Positions 8,546-17,088 of a stretch of DNA of 44,310 bases are shown one piece after another. Numbering within the stretch: position 1 is the first letter of the stretch; every line of letters begins with the position of its first letter. The position numbers and the translations under genes were made by a program. Source of the DNA: an uncultured Bacilli bacterium (GTDB lineage: Bacteria; Bacillota_I; Bacilli_A; RF39; UBA660); the NCBI GenBank assembly GCA_944371685.1, contig CALVXV010000001.1, positions 1-44,310 on the forward strand, in the 5' to 3' direction. The notes below the pieces were generated by a model that saw only the letters and a program-made list of their open reading frames with translations, was not told where the DNA came from and did not search any database.

Positions 8546-9916
8546 ATGGAAAAATTAACTATGGAAAAATTAGTCAGTATTTGTAAGCAATATGGTTTTA
8601 TCTTTCAAGGAAGTGAAATATATGGAGGCCTTGCTAATACTTGGGATTATGGACCACTTGGTGTAGAACTAAAAAATAATTTAAAGAAGGCTTGGTGGAA
8701 GAAATTTATTCAGGAAAGTAAGCATAGTTATGGTGTTGATGCGGCTATTTTAATGAATCCCAAAGTATGGGAAGCATCAGGTCATGTTCAAAATTTTTCA
8801 GATCCATTAATTGATTGTAGAGAATGTAAAGCAAGATGGCGAGCTGATAAATTGGCCGAAGAATATGATCATGAAATTGATGGCGATTCTATGAGTGATG
8901 ATGAACTATATGATTATATTGTAAAAAATAACATCAAATGTCCGAAGTGTGGTAAATCAAATTGGACTAAGATTAGACAATTTAATTTACTTTTTGAAAC
9001 AAGTAGAGGCGTTATTAAAGACGATTCATCTAAAGTTTATTTAAGAGGGGAAACTGCTCAAGGAGAGTTTGTTAATTTTTTAAATGTTCAAAAATCTATG
9101 AGAGCTAAATTACCATTTGGTATTGGTCAAATTGGTAAAGCTTTTAGAAATGAAATTACTCCAGGTAACTTTACGTTTAGAACGATAGAGTTTGAACAGA
9201 TGGAACATCAGTTATTTTGTAATGGTGAAGATTCAATGAATTTTTATGAAACTTATAAACAAAAAGCTTGGAATTTTTTGATAAATTTAGGTATCAAAGA
9301 AGATGATATTAGGTTTAAAGACCATGAAAAATTAGTTTTCTATTGTAAAGCCGCTTGTGATATACAGTATAGATTTCCTTTTGGCTTTGATGAATTGTGG
9401 GGTACTCATCACAGAGGTACTTATGATTTATCTCGTCACGAAGAATATTCAGGTACGCCAATGCGTTATTTAGATCCCGATACTAATGAAAAAGTTTTAC
9501 CAACTATAGTTGAATCAAGTGTTGGAGCGGATAGATTAACTTTAGCTATTTTATGTAATGCTTATGAAAATCAAACTTTAGAAGATGGTACTACTAGAGA
9601 AGTGATGCATTTTCATCCTTTTTTAGCCCCTTATAAAGCTGCTGTTTTACCACTTGTTAAAAAGCATCATAAAGAAAAAGCTTTAGAAATATATGAAATG
9701 CTTTCTAAAGACTTTATGATTACATATGATGAAACAGGTAATATTGGAAAAAGATATCGCAGGGAGGATATTGCTGGAACGCCATTTTGTATAACGGTTG
9801 ATGATGAGACTCTTAATAATAAAACTGTAACAGTTAGAGATAGAGATACTATGAAGCAAGAGATAATTAAAATAGAAGATTTAAAAGATTATTTGAATAA
9901 GAAAATCCAATTTTAA
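8546..9916 (+). CDS. glyQS: Glycine--tRNA ligase, single-chain (alpha2) type
   Basis: 456 aa. N-terminal ...CKQYGFIFQGSEIYGGLANTWDYGPLGVELKNN and class II motifs (FRNEITPG..FRT.EFEQME; GADR) are present, and the gene is preceded by a T-box leader. Confidence 0.9.
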   Translation: MEKLTMEKLVSICKQYGFIFQGSEIYGGLANTWDYGPLGVELKNNLKKAWWKKFIQESKHSYGVDAAILMNPKVWEASGHVQNFSDPLIDCRECKARWRADKLAEEYDHEIDGDSMSDDELYDYIVKNNIKCPKCGKSNWTKIRQFNLLFETSRGVIKDDSSKVYLRGETAQGEFVNFLNVQKSMRAKLPFGIGQIGKAFRNEITPGNFTFRTIEFEQMEHQLFCNGEDSMNFYETYKQKAWNFLINLGIKEDDIRFKDHEKLVFYCKAACDIQYRFPFGFDELWGTHHRGTYDLSRHEEYSGTPMRYLDPDTNEKVLPTIVESSVGADRLTLAILCNAYENQTLEDGTTREVMHFHPFLAPYKAAVLPLVKKHHKEKALEIYEMLSKDFMITYDETGNIGKRYRREDIAGTPFCITVDDETLNNKTVTVRDRDTMKQEIIKIEDLKDYLNKKIQF

Positions 9917-9944
9917 AGTGAAGTATTAGAAATGGAGAAGATTT

Positions 9945-10850
9945 ATGACAAAAATCGTCATAGCAAAAACTAATATTTTAAAGGCTATTTTTACTAATAT
10001 TATCAATTTTCGTAAATTATTAAAATGTTATAGAAATATATCTACCGATAATTTTCCTATATTAGTTTTTAAAAAAGCTCTAATAAACTTATTTTATAGG
10101 GAATCTAATGAAGGTGAGGCAGATATATTTACGATTATTGGTAAGATAGATTATCAAAAACTAAAAGATAAAATTAAAGCAAAAAAAGTAAAAGTTATTG
10201 ATAAAAAAATATCATCTAAAGTTATTTTTGTAGATGATGAAAGTAAAAAAATACATAAAAAACAAATACAATCTAAAGAAAATATAAATCAAAAGAAAAA
10301 AATTGGGATTGCATCAATCAGAATTTCCGAGCAAAAAAATTTATTTAGTAAAACTATCGTTATTACTCCAATCATTAGCCCTAAAAAGAAAGCTATTATC
10401 AATGTATCTAACCAAGAAAAGATTGATAAAATAGGTGAATTAAAACAATCTAAAATAAAAGAAAATAAAGTGTCATTGCAAAATGTAAGTTTAGTTAAAA
10501 AAACTATAGAAAAACCAAATAAGACTGTAAATAGTCGGAAAAGTGAAATTCATCTTTCAAAAAAAGAAAATCAAAAACAAGATATTATTTTTAAAAAAAC
10601 ACCTAAAATTTCAAGTAAACCTACAATAAAAAATAATAAACCAAAAGTTCAAAAATATAAACTACAAAAGAAAAGTCCATCTATAATGGTGGCCTTATTT
10701 AGCGCTGTAAGTGCCTCTATTTTGTTTGGATTAGCTTTAGGTCATAAAAAAGCATTTACAAACATATTATTCGCATCATCACTAGCTTTTTTAGGCTTGG
10801 GTATGTTTGCTAATAAAAATAAAAACAAACAATTAGTAAAGAAAATATAA
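9945..10850 (+). CDS. Lys-rich hypothetical protein with C-terminal membrane anchor
   Basis: 301 aa, very basic and low complexity (KKKI..K..), with two hydrophobic helices at the extreme C-terminus (IMVALFSAVSASILFGLALG; ILFASSLAFLGLGMF). No family recognised. Confidence 0.6.
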   Translation: MTKIVIAKTNILKAIFTNIINFRKLLKCYRNISTDNFPILVFKKALINLFYRESNEGEADIFTIIGKIDYQKLKDKIKAKKVKVIDKKISSKVIFVDDESKKIHKKQIQSKENINQKKKIGIASIRISEQKNLFSKTIVITPIISPKKKAIINVSNQEKIDKIGELKQSKIKENKVSLQNVSLVKKTIEKPNKTVNSRKSEIHLSKKENQKQDIIFKKTPKISSKPTIKNNKPKVQKYKLQKKSPSIMVALFSAVSASILFGLALGHKKAFTNILFASSLAFLGLGMFANKNKNKQLVKKI

Positions 10851-10865
10851 AAAATGCTATGTAAT

Positions 10866-12149
10866 TTATTTCATAACATTTTTTAAGTATGCTTGTAATG
10901 CTAAAGCAATACCTTTAGCATATCCTTTAGGATTATTTAAAATATTTTTTAATTCTTTTACATTGTCGATATAGCCAAGTTCCATTAAGTAGCCTTCAGC
11001 GGTATCATTAGAATTGTAATACGGGTTTGCATCATAATCTTTATTACTACCGTCTACATAGGCATGAGTGGCAATGCCACCAATTTCTCTAATCATATAG
11101 TAATAAGGTGTGATACCGTCGTCTGAAAATCTTTGATAAATGCCATCTTCAGTTTTGAATTCTTTTTTTGTAGAAATATTCGTATTACCATATTTACAAA
11201 TGTTTTTAACAAGTAATCTAGCTAAATCAAATTTACTATCACCAGCCACATAGACTTCTAAGCCATGAGTACTTGACATACCACCAGGAATATTAGTTGA
11301 ATTATGATGAAGGGCTAAATTAAATTTAGATTTAGTTGTATTAGCAGTGGTGCCACTACCCATTTTTCCATATGTTGGAACAGTTGCTTTTTTACTTTCT
11401 CTAGTAAGTTTGACTTTAAAGCCCATTTTTTCAAGTTCATTTTGTAATGCCTTTGCCACTGTAAAATTAATATCAGATTCTTTGTAGGCTATAGAATTAT
11501 AACATTTACCTTGATTATTAGGTACACTACCATCCGCACATACAATCATTCCTGCATCGTTACCGTCATGCCCTGGATCTATAGTAATATCGTAAACATC
11601 GTTTGGCAATGATGTATTAGTGATATGAAAGCCTAAAAGTTCATGACCAGCATATTTATCCCAGGTGATATTTATTTTTTTATTATGCCCATTTTTAGTT
11701 AAAGTGTAATAAGTTATATCACTATAAGTGGTTTTATTAATTAAAGGTAAATATGTAATTTTGTTAGAACTATTTACTTTGATAAGTAAATAATATGTTC
11801 CACTGGTTAATTTTTCTAAATTAATTCCACCATTAATATATTTACTGGTTTTGAAACTATAATGGTTATTATTATTTTTTATGTCCCAATCAACTATAAA
11901 TTCATCTTTACCATTACTTAAAACTAAAGTAGGGTTACTATAATCATCTTTTAATTTAAAATCGCCTTTAAAATTAAGATGAATTCCATATCTATCATAA
12001 TAAGTGATATTACCACTCATATTGTAATTTATTTGGCTTAAAAATATTTTTCTATTAATAATATAAAAAATACTAATGGCTCCTAATATTAAAATGATTA
12101 ATAGAAAAATGACTTTCATTTTCTTCTTTTTTCTTTTTCTTTTAGCCAT
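10866..12149 (-). CDS. N-acetylmuramoyl-L-alanine amidase (Amidase_3 family), membrane anchored
   Basis: 427 aa with an N-terminal KRKRKKKK plus TM helix. The C-terminal catalytic domain has IDPGHDGNDAG, LALHHNS and MELGYIDN motifs. Confidence 0.8.
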   Translation of the reverse strand: MAKRKRKKKKMKVIFLLIILILGAISIFYIINRKIFLSQINYNMSGNITYYDRYGIHLNFKGDFKLKDDYSNPTLVLSNGKDEFIVDWDIKNNNNHYSFKTSKYINGGINLEKLTSGTYYLLIKVNSSNKITYLPLINKTTYSDITYYTLTKNGHNKKINITWDKYAGHELLGFHITNTSLPNDVYDITIDPGHDGNDAGMIVCADGSVPNNQGKCYNSIAYKESDINFTVAKALQNELEKMGFKVKLTRESKKATVPTYGKMGSGTTANTTKSKFNLALHHNSTNIPGGMSSTHGLEVYVAGDSKFDLARLLVKNICKYGNTNISTKKEFKTEDGIYQRFSDDGITPYYYMIREIGGIATHAYVDGSNKDYDANPYYNSNDTAEGYLMELGYIDNVKELKNILNNPKGYAKGIALALQAYLKNVMK

Positions 12150-12347
12150 AAATCATACTTCCTTTAAAATTATTTTACCTAAAAAAATAAGTAAAGTGTA
12201 GATAAAAATAAATTTTTATCTAAAAAGATAGTATTTAATGGTTTACTTTACACAAAATAACAAAAGAACATGAAAAAGCATTTCTTTTTTCTAAAATCTA
12301 TGATAAAATTAACTATAGCAAAGTATTAAATACTAAGGAGGATAAAT

Positions 12348-12752
12348 ATGGGTTTGATAAAGAAAATCATAGGTGAAGAAGAAGATGTTTTTTCCGCACC
12401 ATCAAATGACCAGTACTATGATTTGAAAGCCGAAGAAGCATTGACTGAAGAAGGCGGCGCTAAAATGATATTGTTAGAGCCAAGAGCATACTCTGAGTCA
12501 CAACAGATTGCTGATCATTTAAAGAAAAGAAACACAGTAGTTGTTAATTTAAAAAGAGTAACCCCTGAACAAGCTAAGAGGATCGTTGATTTTCTGAGTG
12601 GAACTATTTATGCAATTGGTGGGGATTTGCAAAAAATAGGTGGCGGAATATTTTTGTGTACTCCAAACAATGTAAGTGTTCAAGGAAAAATTACAAATGA
12701 TACTGAAGGAAAAGGTATTCATGATAATAATAATATAGATATTGAGTGGTAA
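12348..12752 (+). CDS. sepF: Cell division protein SepF
   Basis: 134 aa. The DUF552 core [62 protein letters not shown] is present. It lies upstream of divIVA as in Bacillus. Confidence 0.9.
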   Translation: MGLIKKIIGEEEDVFSAPSNDQYYDLKAEEALTEEGGAKMILLEPRAYSESQQIADHLKKRNTVVVNLKRVTPEQAKRIVDFLSGTIYAIGGDLQKIGGGIFLCTPNNVSVQGKITNDTEGKGIHDNNNIDIEW

Positions 12753-12786
12753 AAATAGGCGAAAGCGCTGAGGTGAGGTCGAACTT

Positions 12787-13266
12787 ATGGAAAAATTTAC
12801 AAGAGTCATGAGAGGATATGACCCGGATGAAGTTAATAACTTTTTAGATCAGGTTATTAAAAGGGTTGAAAAAATGATTGCTGATATTGATAAAAAAAAT
12901 AAATTAATAGAAAGCAAAAATGAAGAAATAAAAAAATTACAAGCTCAAATTGAAGATACTAGTGTTATTAAAGAAAAATTAGAGCAGTATGAAAGAATGG
13001 AAAATACTTTAAATAGAGCTATAATGATGGCTCAAAAAACGTCCGACCAATTAAAAATAAGTGCCCACCGAGAAAGCGAAATAATTATTGATGATGCCAA
13101 AAAGAATGCCAGCCGTATCGTTAATGATGCTTTAATTAAAGCTGAAAAAATTGAAAATGATGCGGAAGCTACTAAACGTAATATTAACGTTTTAAAGCGT
13201 AGATTGAAAAGTATTATTGAATCTCAATTAGAAATAATTGATGATATTGATAAGTTGGATATATAA
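12787..13266 (+). CDS. divIVA: DivIVA-domain cell division/septum-site protein
   Basis: 159 aa with N-terminal F..VMRGYDPDEVNNFLDQV followed by coiled coil. Confidence 0.85.
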   Translation: MEKFTRVMRGYDPDEVNNFLDQVIKRVEKMIADIDKKNKLIESKNEEIKKLQAQIEDTSVIKEKLEQYERMENTLNRAIMMAQKTSDQLKISAHRESEIIIDDAKKNASRIVNDALIKAEKIENDAEATKRNINVLKRRLKSIIESQLEIIDDIDKLDI

Positions 13267-13267
13267 A

Positions 13268-13481
13268 AACAGATGATAGAGATGTTATATTAATAATAGC
13301 TTTAAAGAGAGTTAGTGGTTGGTGAAAGCTAATAGCTAATTAATATATGGATCACTCTTGATGTTTCTTTTTGAACGTAAGTAAATAAGAACGGTAACGC
13401 GTTATAGTTTCTTGAGTGTATTTTAAAATAAAATAAGGTGGTACCGCGGGAAAACTCGTCCTTAAATAAGGACGTTTTTTT
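13268..13481 (+). promoter_or_regulatory. T-box riboswitch leader, isoleucine specifier (AUC)
   Basis: K-turn GATGA (13272-) is followed by AGAG. AGAGAG box and GGTGAAAGC distal loop are present. The specifier-loop 3' side reads ATC-A and is immediately followed by CTCT (pairs with AGAG) and TGATG. T-box sequence AAATAAGGTGGTACCGCGG. Terminator is CGTCCTT(13457-63)/AAGGACG(13468-74) plus T7. Confidence 0.75.
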
Positions 13482-13482
13482 G

Positions 13483-13512
13483 TTGATTAAAGCGTAAATG
13501 ATATGCTATAAT
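13483..13512 (+). promoter_or_regulatory. Candidate sigma-A promoter immediately downstream of the T-box terminator
   Basis: TTGATT (13483-13488), 18-nt spacer, TATAAT (13507-13512) preceded by TGc (extended -10). It lies 20 nt upstream of the ATG at 13532. Confidence 0.45.
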
Positions 13513-13531
13513 TGATGGTAGGTGACAAAAA

Positions 13532-14263
13532 ATGTTTAAATATAGAAATATTAATATAAATTATATTAGATATGGTAATCCAAATGGACAAACTGTAGTT
13601 TTATTACATGGATGGGGCCAAAATATTGAGATGATGAAACCGATAGGGGATAGACTTGTCGATAATGATGTTATTATATTAGACCTTCCTGGTCATGGTA
13701 AAAGTGATGAGCCAAAAGAAGTATGGGATTTAAAGGATTTTGTAGATATGATTCACGAATTACTTAATACTTTAAATATAAAAAATCCAATATTAATTGG
13801 TCATTCATTTGGCGGTAAAATAAGTTTACTTTATGCCAGTAAATATCCAGTTAAAAAATTGATCTTATTTGGTAGTCCATTTAAAGTTAAGAAAAATCCG
13901 CAAAGTTTAAAAGTTAGGACTTTAAAAAAATTAAAAACGTTACCGGGTTTAAATAAAGTCGCAGAAGTTATGAAAAAGCATATGGGCTCTACTGATTATA
14001 GAAATGCAAGTCCGATGATGAGAGACATTTTAGTTAGACATGTAAATACTGATATTACTGAAAATGTTAAAAAGATTAACTGTCCAACTATAATTATATG
14101 GGGAACTAATGATGCAGCGGTTCCAATAGAAGATGCTTATGAACTTGAAACTTTAATTAAAGATTCGGCAGTTATTCCATATGAAGGATGTACTCATTAT
14201 GCATATTTAGAAAGGTTAAATCAAACGGTTTCAATTATTCAAAATTTTATAAAGGAGAAGTAA
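13532..14263 (+). CDS. Alpha/beta-fold hydrolase
   Basis: 243 aa with an oxyanion HGWG, the nucleophile elbow GHSFGG and a C-terminal ..GC.H.. (His of the triad). Substrate unknown. Confidence 0.8.
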   Translation: MFKYRNININYIRYGNPNGQTVVLLHGWGQNIEMMKPIGDRLVDNDVIILDLPGHGKSDEPKEVWDLKDFVDMIHELLNTLNIKNPILIGHSFGGKISLLYASKYPVKKLILFGSPFKVKKNPQSLKVRTLKKLKTLPGLNKVAEVMKKHMGSTDYRNASPMMRDILVRHVNTDITENVKKINCPTIIIWGTNDAAVPIEDAYELETLIKDSAVIPYEGCTHYAYLERLNQTVSIIQNFIKEK

Positions 14264-14264
14264 T

Positions 14265-15860
14265 ATGGCACAAGAATTTTTAATTTCTATCATTGTTTAT
14301 GTTATTTATGTTTTTTTAAGAAGCCAAGATTCTATGCATATGCTTCAGCAAAATAAATATAACCGTAAAAAAACATATCTAAAGTGGCTAAATAAAAATA
14401 AGGCTAAAGCTTTTAAAAATATTAGTATTTTGTTTGTTTTATTATCATTATTTATTTTTATAAATAATACATCTTTATTGATATTGTGTTTTATTTTACT
14501 TTATTTATTTTTGACTATAAATTTGGTTTTAGATAGGAAAAGGTCACAAAATAAATTGCCGTTAAAATATACAGCAAGGGTTAAACGATTAATTTTTACA
14601 AATACTTTATTAATATTATTACCAATAATAATTATGAGCTTTTTTGTAACTGAAACGAACTTAGTTTTTTGTTATTTGATTTTAGGCTTATTCGCATATT
14701 TAAATAACTTTTATATTTTAATTGCGCTTTTGATAAATACTCCGGTTGAGAGTTTAGTAGGTCTTTATTTTAAAAATAAAGCTATTCATAAAATAAAAAG
14801 TATGAAGTCGTTAAAGGTAATTGGAATTACGGGTAGTTATGGGAAAACGAGTAGTAAAAATATTTTAAATGATATTTTAAATATTAAATATAATTCCATG
14901 CCAACACCTAAAAATTTTAATACTCCATTTGGCTTAATGATTACTATAAATAATTATTTAGATAAATTTACCGATGTTTTTATAGCCGAAATGGGGGCCT
15001 GTCAAGCAGGTGATATTAAGGAACTTTGTGATTTAGTTCATCCTAAATATGGGATAATTACTAAAATTGGTATGGCACATTTAGCCACTTTTGGAAGTAG
15101 AGAAAATATTCAAAAAACAAAATTTGAATTGATTGAGTCGCTTCCAAGTGATGGAGTTGGAATTTTAAATGGTGATGACGATTGGCAAAGAAGTTATAAA
15201 ATAAAAAATAATTGTAAAATAAAATGGATTGGAATTAATAGTGAAGATGTTGATGTAAGAGCCACAAATATTACTTTAAGTCCTAAGGGTACAATTTTTG
15301 ATTGCTATTTTAAAGGTGATGATAAACCATATAAATTTGAAACACAATTATTAGGTTATAATAATGTATATAATATTTTAGCTGGTATTGCGTTAGGTAG
15401 AGAGTTTGGTATGACTATCGAGCAGCTTAAGGCTGGAGTGGCTAAAGTTAAAGCAGTTGAACATCGCCTGGAACTAAAGAGAAATGGTGATGTAACTATT
15501 ATTGATGATGCTTATAATTCAAATCCGACTGGAGCTAAAATGGCTTTAGATGTTCTTAAAATGATGCCTGGTAAACATATTGTGGTTACACCTGGAATGA
15601 TTGAGCTGGGTGATGAAGAATATAGTAAAAATAAAGAATTTGGCACACAAATAGCTGATAGCTGTGACGAAGTAATCTTAGTTGGAGCTGAAAAAACTAA
15701 ACCAATATTAGAAGGATTAAAAGAAAAAGGCTATGACGAAAATAAAATACATGTAATTAATGATGTTTTAAAGGCTTTTCCATTAATACAAAAGCTAAAA
15801 GAAAAAGAAACTTATGTTCTTTTAGAAAATGATTTACCAGATATATTTAATGAAAAATAA
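14265..15860 (+). CDS. murF: Mur ligase, MurF-like (UDP-MurNAc-tripeptide--D-Ala-D-Ala ligase) with hydrophobic N-terminal extension
   Basis: 531 aa with P-loop GITGSYGKTSSK, EMG, the DDAYNSNP motif and a Mur ligase C-terminal domain. It is followed directly by ddl. Residues 1 to about 165 form about 4 predicted TM helices instead of the usual soluble domain 1. Confidence 0.7.
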   Translation: MAQEFLISIIVYVIYVFLRSQDSMHMLQQNKYNRKKTYLKWLNKNKAKAFKNISILFVLLSLFIFINNTSLLILCFILLYLFLTINLVLDRKRSQNKLPLKYTARVKRLIFTNTLLILLPIIIMSFFVTETNLVFCYLILGLFAYLNNFYILIALLINTPVESLVGLYFKNKAIHKIKSMKSLKVIGITGSYGKTSSKNILNDILNIKYNSMPTPKNFNTPFGLMITINNYLDKFTDVFIAEMGACQAGDIKELCDLVHPKYGIITKIGMAHLATFGSRENIQKTKFELIESLPSDGVGILNGDDDWQRSYKIKNNCKIKWIGINSEDVDVRATNITLSPKGTIFDCYFKGDDKPYKFETQLLGYNNVYNILAGIALGREFGMTIEQLKAGVAKVKAVEHRLELKRNGDVTIIDDAYNSNPTGAKMALDVLKMMPGKHIVVTPGMIELGDEEYSKNKEFGTQIADSCDEVILVGAEKTKPILEGLKEKGYDENKIHVINDVLKAFPLIQKLKEKETYVLLENDLPDIFNEK

Positions 15861-15868
15861 AGGAGTGA

Positions 15869-17071
15869 TTGATGATGATTAAAGTTGGTGTATTTTTTGG
15901 TGGCGATTCAGTTGAACACGAAGTAAGTATTATTTCTGCTTTGCAAGCTATGGAAAATATAGATGAAGAAAAATATGAAATTATACCTATTTATATTAGT
16001 AAAGAACGTCATTTTTATACCGGTAATGCCTTAAGAGATATGGAAACTTACAAATATTTTGATAGTATGAAAAAATATGTTAAAGAAATAACCATTTGTC
16101 GTAAAGGTAAAGATATTGTTTTACAAAAGATTAAAGGTATATTTGGCCGTAATGTTAATACTATTGATGTGGCTTTTCCAATCGTTCATGGTAAAGGTGT
16201 GGAAGATGGTTCATTAGCTGGTTATTTAGAAACACTTGGCCTTCCAGTTGTAGGGCCTTCAGTTTTAGGTGCTGCTTTAGGACAAGATAAAGTTGTTTTG
16301 AAACAAGTGTTACAAGCTAATAATATTAAAACCCCAAAATATGTATGGTTTTATGATTATGAATATAGTATGAACAAAGATGATATTTTAAATAAAATTG
16401 AGACTTTAAATTATCCAGTAATTGTTAAACCGGCTAATTTAGGTAGTACTATTGGTATTGGTGTTGCTCATAATAGGAGTGAGTTAGAAACTAAAATTGA
16501 TGAGGCTATAGAATACGAAAAGAAAATAGTAGTTGAAGAAATGATTGCCAATTTACTTGAATTAAACTGTGCAGTTTGTGGTAATTATGAATATTCAGAA
16601 ACGAGTTTAATTGCTGAGATGAAAATGAAACATGAACTATTAACTTTTGAAGATAAATATTTAGGTGGTAGTAAAGGAAAAGGAATGAAGGGTGCTTCTA
16701 AAAATCCGAGTGCTATGTCTAGTAGTGAATTTGACATTCCTGCTAAAATAAATGAAGATATGGAAAATAAAATATATGAAATATCAAAGCAAGTATTTAA
16801 GGTTTTAAATTTAAAAGGAGTTTGCCGTATTGACTATTTGGTTAATAGAAAAACCGGTGAGATTTATGTTAATGAGCCAAATACAATTCCAGGTTCGCTT
16901 GCCTTTTACTTATATAAACCAAAAGGTAAAGATTATAAAACATTAACTGATGAGTTAATTAAATCGGCTATTAAAGATTATAAAAATGAAATGCGTAAAA
17001 CATCTAGTTTTACATCTAATATTTTAAGTGAATATAATGGTACAAAAGGATTTAAAAAGGGAATTAAATAA
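15869..17071 (+). CDS. ddl: D-alanine--D-alanine ligase
   Basis: 400 aa with N-terminal VGVFFGGDSVEHEVSIISA and an ATP-grasp core (VIVKPANLGSTIGI, EPNTIPGS). There is a Gly/Ser/Lys-rich insertion (GGSKGKGMKGASKNPSAMSSS). Confidence 0.85.
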   Translation: MMMIKVGVFFGGDSVEHEVSIISALQAMENIDEEKYEIIPIYISKERHFYTGNALRDMETYKYFDSMKKYVKEITICRKGKDIVLQKIKGIFGRNVNTIDVAFPIVHGKGVEDGSLAGYLETLGLPVVGPSVLGAALGQDKVVLKQVLQANNIKTPKYVWFYDYEYSMNKDDILNKIETLNYPVIVKPANLGSTIGIGVAHNRSELETKIDEAIEYEKKIVVEEMIANLLELNCAVCGNYEYSETSLIAEMKMKHELLTFEDKYLGGSKGKGMKGASKNPSAMSSSEFDIPAKINEDMENKIYEISKQVFKVLNLKGVCRIDYLVNRKTGEIYVNEPNTIPGSLAFYLYKPKGKDYKTLTDELIKSAIKDYKNEMRKTSSFTSNILSEYNGTKGFKKGIK

Positions 17072-17088
17072 AATAAGGAGATGTATTT

